Origin: Chlamydiales bacterium
Lineage (GTDB): Bacteria > Chlamydiota > Chlamydiia > Chlamydiales > JBDQID01
Reading direction: 5' to 3'
Assembly: GCA_047611865.1 (NCBI GenBank)
Contig: JBLFWS010000100.1
Location: 1-12,524 of the forward strand
Length of the DNA: 12,524 bases
Shown: piece by piece, positions 8,217-12,524 of the stretch
Numbering within the stretch: the first letter of the stretch is position 1
Layout: each line of letters starts with the position of its first letter
Program-made: the position numbers and the translations under genes
The notes under the pieces: model-generated
What the model was told of the DNA's origin: nothing
Database searches by the model: none
The model's input: only the letters and a program-made list of their open reading frames with translations

Positions 8217-8409
8217 AGACCGAAGGTCTTACATACTGCCAGCCCGGGGCAACGCCCTGGGTTGTTCAAAAACCATGTATTTAGCTCTGTAAGAGCGAAA
8301 TATTTCGATACAGCCTGATTTAATATTACGCTCTTACAGAGCTCTCCTGTCTATTTTTACATTTCCCAGGGCGCTGCCCCGGGCTGGCAGTATTTAAGGC
8401 CTTCGGCCT
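8217..8409. repeat. REPIN-like symmetric inverted-repeat element (two ~88-nt REP-like units in inverted orientation)
   Basis: Outer arms 8217-8261 and 8365-8409 match 41/45 as reverse complements. Inner arms 8283-8304 and 8322-8343 match 21/22. Each side has a 21-nt unpaired spacer; central loop is 17 nt. Contains CCCGGGGCAACGCCCTGGG. Confidence 0.9.
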
Positions 8410-8447
8410 ATTCTTATGAGAACGAACACATTTTAATTAATGACAAT

Positions 8448-8497
8448 TGGGTTTTACCTCAGACCTCAGCAAGGGGACTAGTCCTCTTGCATCCCCT
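8448..8497. repeat. Second, different REP-like palindromic element
   Basis: Near-perfect palindrome GCAAGGGGACTAGTCCTCTTGC at 8469-8490, preceded by GGGTTTTACCTCAGACCTC and followed by ATCCCC. Confidence 0.55.
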
Positions 8498-8638
8498 ATG
8501 TACTTGTCTTTTGTTGTAGGCGAATTCTTCTCCAGGATCTCTTTCTAATCCTAAATACAATCATCAATATACTTGTTCAGAAGGATTTAAGGGTTTATTG
8601 TTTCTTATCTCGAACTTGTATCAAATTTGGATGGGTGT

Positions 8639-9580
8639 ATGAATTCAGAAAACTCCAAAAAAGAGCGCTGCCGCTCTAGAAAAAATCACTATACTTTTCA
8701 TCCCTTTGAGCTAGCACTTGAGGGCTTCCCTAAAGATGTCTTCGAAAAGCTTATGGATCAGCTTTCTTATGGCTATTCCCTAGCACATATTCAAGGGGAT
8801 GTTTCCTCTGAAGATTACATCCAGAAAAAAACAGAATTCCTTGCATACGATTTTGTTCTCGTTGAAGGTGTAGGGGATACATCCATAGAAAGTATTGATT
8901 ATCAGACTCAGGTAAAGCCATTTTTTGAAAAGGATGGCATTAAGGGAGTGGCTTCATTTGTAGAGCAGAAGTTTATCTCTATGAGTCAAAAAATACCCGT
9001 GTATGGATTACTTCTGGCAGGGGGATACAGCACACGAATGGGTTCAGATAAGGCTTTGCTAAAATATCACGGAAAAACCCAGGTGGAGCACTGTTATGAC
9101 CTTTTGTCACAAGTTTGTAGTAAAACCTTTGTGTCAAAACGTAAGGAGCAGTCGTTTGCTGGGATAGAGAGGGATTTTCCCGTATTAACGGATCGTTTCC
9201 TGGACTTCGGTCCGCTGGGGGGGATCCTATCCGCTCTCTGTCATGAACCAAAGGCTGCATGGCTTGTTCTAGCCTGTGACTTGCCCTTCCTTGATCAAGA
9301 TACTCTAGAAGTTCTCCTTGATGGCAGGAACCCTTTTAAAATGGCTACGGCTTATAAAAATATCGATAAAGGTTTTCCTGAACCTTTATGTGCTATATAT
9401 GAGCCAAAGATCATCACCCGCTTGTTGGCTAGTATGGGGCTTGGATACGAGTGCCCAAAAAAAGTTTTACTGAACTCTCCAGTGGAGCTCTTGGAGCAAA
9501 GTAATCTTCGTTCTTTGGAAAATGTGAACGAACCGCTCGAATACCAAGAAGCGATTCTCTCTAGAGAGGATGTTTTGTAG
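8639..9580 (+). CDS. mobA: Molybdenum cofactor guanylyltransferase (MobA, NTP transferase) with a degenerate MobB-like N-terminal region
   Basis: MobA motifs LLAGGYSTRMGSDKA, GPLGGILSA, LACDLPF, PEPLCAIY and NVNEP. N-terminal ~115 aa contain FHPFE and DFVLVEG. ATG 8639 is preferred over TTG 8627. Confidence 0.85.
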   Translation: MNSENSKKERCRSRKNHYTFHPFELALEGFPKDVFEKLMDQLSYGYSLAHIQGDVSSEDYIQKKTEFLAYDFVLVEGVGDTSIESIDYQTQVKPFFEKDGIKGVASFVEQKFISMSQKIPVYGLLLAGGYSTRMGSDKALLKYHGKTQVEHCYDLLSQVCSKTFVSKRKEQSFAGIERDFPVLTDRFLDFGPLGGILSALCHEPKAAWLVLACDLPFLDQDTLEVLLDGRNPFKMATAYKNIDKGFPEPLCAIYEPKIITRLLASMGLGYECPKKVLLNSPVELLEQSNLRSLENVNEPLEYQEAILSREDVL

Positions 9581-9643
9581 ACCTATTACCCCACTAGAGA
9601 ATATACTCCTTCGCTTCACCTGATGCTTTAATTTGAGGTCGCA

Positions 9644-11731
9644 ATGGAACAGCCTGTTTCGGAAGAACAACTAAGGTCTATACTACAGAAAAAATTTGGT
9701 TTCGAAAACTTTCGTCCGGGACAACAGGAGGCAATCTCCCAGCTACTTAGCAAGGGGAGCTTGTTGTGTATTCAGCCAACGGGTCATGGTAAGTCTCTTC
9801 TTTATCAACTGCCAGCAACAATACTGGATGGAATGACCTTGGTGATATCTCCACTTCTAGCTTTAATGCGTGATCAGGAAGAACATTTAAATCAACGTTT
9901 CTCAATTCCTGCAGCAAGCTTGAATAGTGACCAAAGTGAAGAGGAAAATAACCAAGTACGAACTCTCGTTTGCCAAGGGGCTATCAAGATTCTTTTTGTA
10001 GCTCCAGAACAACTTGATCATGTTGACCGCTTTGACTTCCTACTAAATCTTCCGGTAAAGCTCATCGTTGTGGATGAAGCTCATTGTATCTCTACTTGGG
10101 GGCATGACTTTCGCCCCAGCTATCGTCAGATTTTACAGTTTGTCCATGCCTTAATGAATAAGGATAAAAGTGTACGGGTATTAGGCTTAACGGCCACAGC
10201 GGATCGTACAACTGAGGGTGACATCAAAGAACAGCTTTCTTTGCCAGGCAGGCCCTTGGAGGTGATGCGAGAAACCATGGATCGGCCGAACATAAAATTG
10301 TCTGCCTTTCAGTTATCGACGACTGCACAGAAACTCTATGCTTGCGAGCAGTTGCTTTCGCAAATTGAGGGGGCGGGTCTGATTTACTGTGCCACAAGGG
10401 AAAATACCGAACTTGTATCCAATTATCTTAAGTCTAGACATATAGATGCAGCGGCCTATCATGCTGGATTTCCTTCAGAAGATAAAAGGCGTTTGCAAAA
10501 GGAGTTTATCAATGATAAATTCAAAGTACTGGCAGCCACGAATGCTTTGGGAATGGGGATAGATAAATCGAACCTTCGTTTTATCATTCACTTTGATATA
10601 CCAGGGTCAATTACCGCCTATTACCAAGAGGTGGGGCGTTGCGGAAGGGACGGCCTTGAGGCCTTCGGAATACTCCTCTATGATCCAGCCGACAAGAGAA
10701 TACAGCGTTATTTCATTGAATCATCACAGCCGACGGTTGCGGACTTTCAAAATGTACTTAGTACTGTAAAAGGGGCTATAGTGCCTCCTAATTTAAATAC
10801 GATAAAATGCCAGTCAGGCCTGCATCCTACTAGAGTAATTGTTATTATTGCAGAGCTTATTGAGCAGGGTTTTATTAGTAAAGCGAGCCAAAAGGGGACA
10901 CAAGTATATTGTAGTACTGGAAAATCAGGTGATTGTGACTTATCTCGTTATACCCAGCAATATGATGTGAAATTGCGCGAGCTGGAAAATATGCTGCACT
11001 ATTCAGAACAAAAGAAATATTGCAGGATGAAGATTCTTCGTCGATCATTGGGAGACCTTACTAAAGAGGCCTGTGGTCGATGCTCAGCCTGTACTGAAAG
11101 TTCGTTGAAGCTTATCGAGGATCCTTCTGTCGTTTCCAAGGTTAATGCTTGGCTGGATATGCGAATGATTCAAATACCCTTAAGTAAAAGAAATAATATC
11201 TCAGCAGGTCACGCTCTTATGGATGGCAGAGTACGCTCTTCAATGTTCGTAAATTTCATGACAAAGCGTGCAGAGAGTAAGATTATGGATGAGGCACTCT
11301 CCCAAGATTTCCGCACTCTTCTTAAAAGGATTTTGGACCATTTGTTGGATGAGCATAAAATTGCTGCTGTAGTTCCTGTTCCTTCACGAACATGGGGTAT
11401 TCGTGATGAATTGGCAGCCTATGTGGCCAAGCAACTACATTGCCCGCTTTTATTGGATTTTCTTAAATGGAATGAAGAACCCGAGTCTCGGCAGGGTTTT
11501 TTACTAAACAATGATCAGCGGAGAAAAAATGTTAACCAGAAGATGAGTGTTAATGGGGAGAAAAGCTTGTCCTCAGGGACAATAATCCTTTTGGATGATT
11601 ATATGGGGTCGGGGTCAACACTGAAGGAAGCTGCGAGAGCTTTGAGAAAAGAGGCAAAACTGGAAAATGAAATCGTTCCCGTTACCATGGCCTTTGTAAA
11701 GTGGAAGCTAGGGAAGCCCGGAATGGTTTAG
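9644..11731 (+). CDS. recQ: RecQ-family ATP-dependent DNA helicase with C-terminal phosphoribosyltransferase (ComF-like) domain (RqlH type)
   Basis: Helicase motifs FRPGQ, PTGHGKSL, SPLLALM, DEAHCIS.WGHDFRP, LTATA, YHAG, ATNALGMGIDK and YYQEVGRCGRDG. Zn-site CRM...CGRCSAC. C-terminal PVPS, QRRKNV and PRPP loop IILLDDYMGSGSTL. RBS GAGG at 9635-9638. Confidence 0.92.
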   Translation: MEQPVSEEQLRSILQKKFGFENFRPGQQEAISQLLSKGSLLCIQPTGHGKSLLYQLPATILDGMTLVISPLLALMRDQEEHLNQRFSIPAASLNSDQSEEENNQVRTLVCQGAIKILFVAPEQLDHVDRFDFLLNLPVKLIVVDEAHCISTWGHDFRPSYRQILQFVHALMNKDKSVRVLGLTATADRTTEGDIKEQLSLPGRPLEVMRETMDRPNIKLSAFQLSTTAQKLYACEQLLSQIEGAGLIYCATRENTELVSNYLKSRHIDAAAYHAGFPSEDKRRLQKEFINDKFKVLAATNALGMGIDKSNLRFIIHFDIPGSITAYYQEVGRCGRDGLEAFGILLYDPADKRIQRYFIESSQPTVADFQNVLSTVKGAIVPPNLNTIKCQSGLHPTRVIVIIAELIEQGFISKASQKGTQVYCSTGKSGDCDLSRYTQQYDVKLRELENMLHYSEQKKYCRMKILRRSLGDLTKEACGRCSACTESSLKLIEDPSVVSKVNAWLDMRMIQIPLSKRNNISAGHALMDGRVRSSMFVNFMTKRAESKIMDEALSQDFRTLLKRILDHLLDEHKIAAVVPVPSRTWGIRDELAAYVAKQLHCPLLLDFLKWNEEPESRQGFLLNNDQRRKNVNQKMSVNGEKSLSSGTIILLDDYMGSGSTLKEAARALRKEAKLENEIVPVTMAFVKWKLGKPGMV

Positions 11732-11736
11732 CGTAT

Positions 11737-11790
11737 GGCGTTGTTGCATTAATCAACCACCGAGTTCAACGAGAACACAGAGAGAGGCTA
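11737..11790. repeat. 54-bp repeat, inverted copy of 18-71: IS903-like IR (11737-11754) plus three 9-bp units (11758-11784)
   Basis: GGCGTTGTTGCATTAATC-AAC-CACCGAGTT-CAACGAGAA-CACAGAGAG-AGG-CTA. Starts 5 nt after the helicase stop and ends on the GxxExxY stop codon. Confidence 0.9.
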
Positions 11791-12210
11791 AATTTTCATC
11801 CGGCGAATACCATTCTTCAACAACTTTACATTGAAGTTTATAAGAAGACCTCTTCCTCCACCGCGTAGCTTAAGGTAGGAAAGCAATTGAGCTTCATGAA
11901 CGGGAGCAAGTTCCTTCACGGACTTTATTTCCACAATTACTTGGTTCTCTACGATCAAATCCAAACGATAACCACACTCAAGCATCACATCTTTGTAAAT
12001 GATAGGCATAGACTTTTGCTGTTCCACCTTTAGCCCTCTAAGTCTTAGCTCATAACTGAGGCAGGCTGCGTAAGTTGATTCAAGTAAACCCGGTCCCAAG
12101 TGACGATGAACTTCGATAGCAGCTCCAATGATATCACTTGTTAAATGGTCTATTTCTTCTTCTACAAAAGGTTGATTTGTAATCTTCAAAATTCCCTCGC
12201 AAAGCTTCAT
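11788..12210 (-). CDS. GxxExxY protein (PD-(D/E)XK nuclease superfamily)
   Basis: IIGAAIEVHRHLGPGLLESTY (GxxExxY), YRLDLIVE..VIVEIK, HEAQLLSYLK and GLLINF. Exact start is uncertain. Confidence 0.93.
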   Translation of the reverse strand: MKLCEGILKITNQPFVEEEIDHLTSDIIGAAIEVHRHLGPGLLESTYAACLSYELRLRGLKVEQQKSMPIIYKDVMLECGYRLDLIVENQVIVEIKSVKELAPVHEAQLLSYLKLRGGGRGLLINFNVKLLKNGIRRMKI

Positions 12211-12244
12211 AAAAAAATGGAGCAGTTCAAACCTTGTTCTCTAT

Positions 12245-12524
12245 GGCTCAATACTCTAAATTTTGCAGGAAAAACTAGAGGATCGAAATAAAAACTAAAG
12301 GTCGATACCGCATCCGAAACTGGAAAGAGTATAACAAATCTCTCATTCAAAGAGGAAGCATAACCGTTTGGTTTTCAGAAGATTCTATCGAAAAATCGCT
12401 TGCTGATAAGGAAGAGGGAAAAAAGGGACACCCCACAATTTATTCCAATGACGCAATCCTCACAGCGTTAATGATTCGTTCGGTATTCCACCTTCCCCTA
12501 AGGGGTCTTCAGGGATTTCTGACC
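12245..12524 (+). mobile_element. IS5-family (IS903 group) insertion sequence, left part, truncated by the window end
   Basis: Transposase frame at 12288-12524. Candidate left IR GGCTCAATACTCTAAAT at 12245 has the GGC...TAAAT pattern, but the boundary is uncertain. Confidence 0.7.
12288..12524 (+). pseudogene. IS903-group DDE transposase N-terminus, no canonical start codon (not in the ORF track; partial)
   Basis: Manual translation IKTKGRYRIRNWKEYNKSLIQRGSITVWFSEDSIEKSLADKEEGKKGHPTIYSNDAILTALMIRSVFHLPLRGLQGFLT fits the IS903-type NW.EYN.AL..RGS.T.W / YS..AI / F.L.LR..QGF pattern. In-frame TAG at 12276-12278. GAGGA at 12278-12282 is followed by ATA at 12288. Confidence 0.8.

Noticed and set aside
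8217..8409. CRISPR array or riboswitch (e.g. Moco) interpretation of the structured intergenic region
   Set aside because: Repeats are inverted rather than direct, there are no cas genes, and I recognise no riboswitch consensus.
207..9670. Numerous minus-strand and alternate-frame ORFs of 60-175 aa (e.g. 3889-4416, 7002-7478, 7475-7927, 4565-4771)
   Set aside because: They overlap well-supported genes and show no recognisable motifs; treated as shadow ORFs.
72..11736. Target-site duplication shared by the inner flanks of the two 54-bp repeats
   Set aside because: Flanks GTTGATTGG (72-80) and TTAGCGTAT (11728-11736) match neither directly nor as reverse complements.

Overview
Bacterial window with three parts. 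(1) A tightly coupled six-gene + strand operon (283-8147) encodes a CitD(ACP)-CitE fusion, CitF, an HD-domain protein with an altered HD motif, a single-chain fungal-type homoaconitase (LysF/Lys4-like), an isocitrate/isopropylmalate-family dehydrogenase with an NADP-type motif, and an MmgE/PrpD dehydratase. No citC/citG/citX, prpB/prpC or homocitrate synthase gene is in the window, so the operon looks like an uncharacterised tricarboxylate pathway. (2) An intergenic region with a symmetric ~193-bp REPIN-like inverted repeat is followed by a MobA with a degenerate MobB-like N-terminus and an RqlH-type RecQ helicase with a C-terminal PRTase domain. (3) Mobile DNA lies at both ends. A 54-bp sequence (IS903-like terminal repeat joined to three 9-bp units) occurs in inverted orientation at 18-71 and 11737-11790, with 51/54 identity. 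The right copy runs into the stop codon of a GxxExxY nuclease-fold gene, and the 5' part of an apparently decayed IS5/IS903-group transposase follows. All family assignments come from motif recognition and memory; no searches were run.
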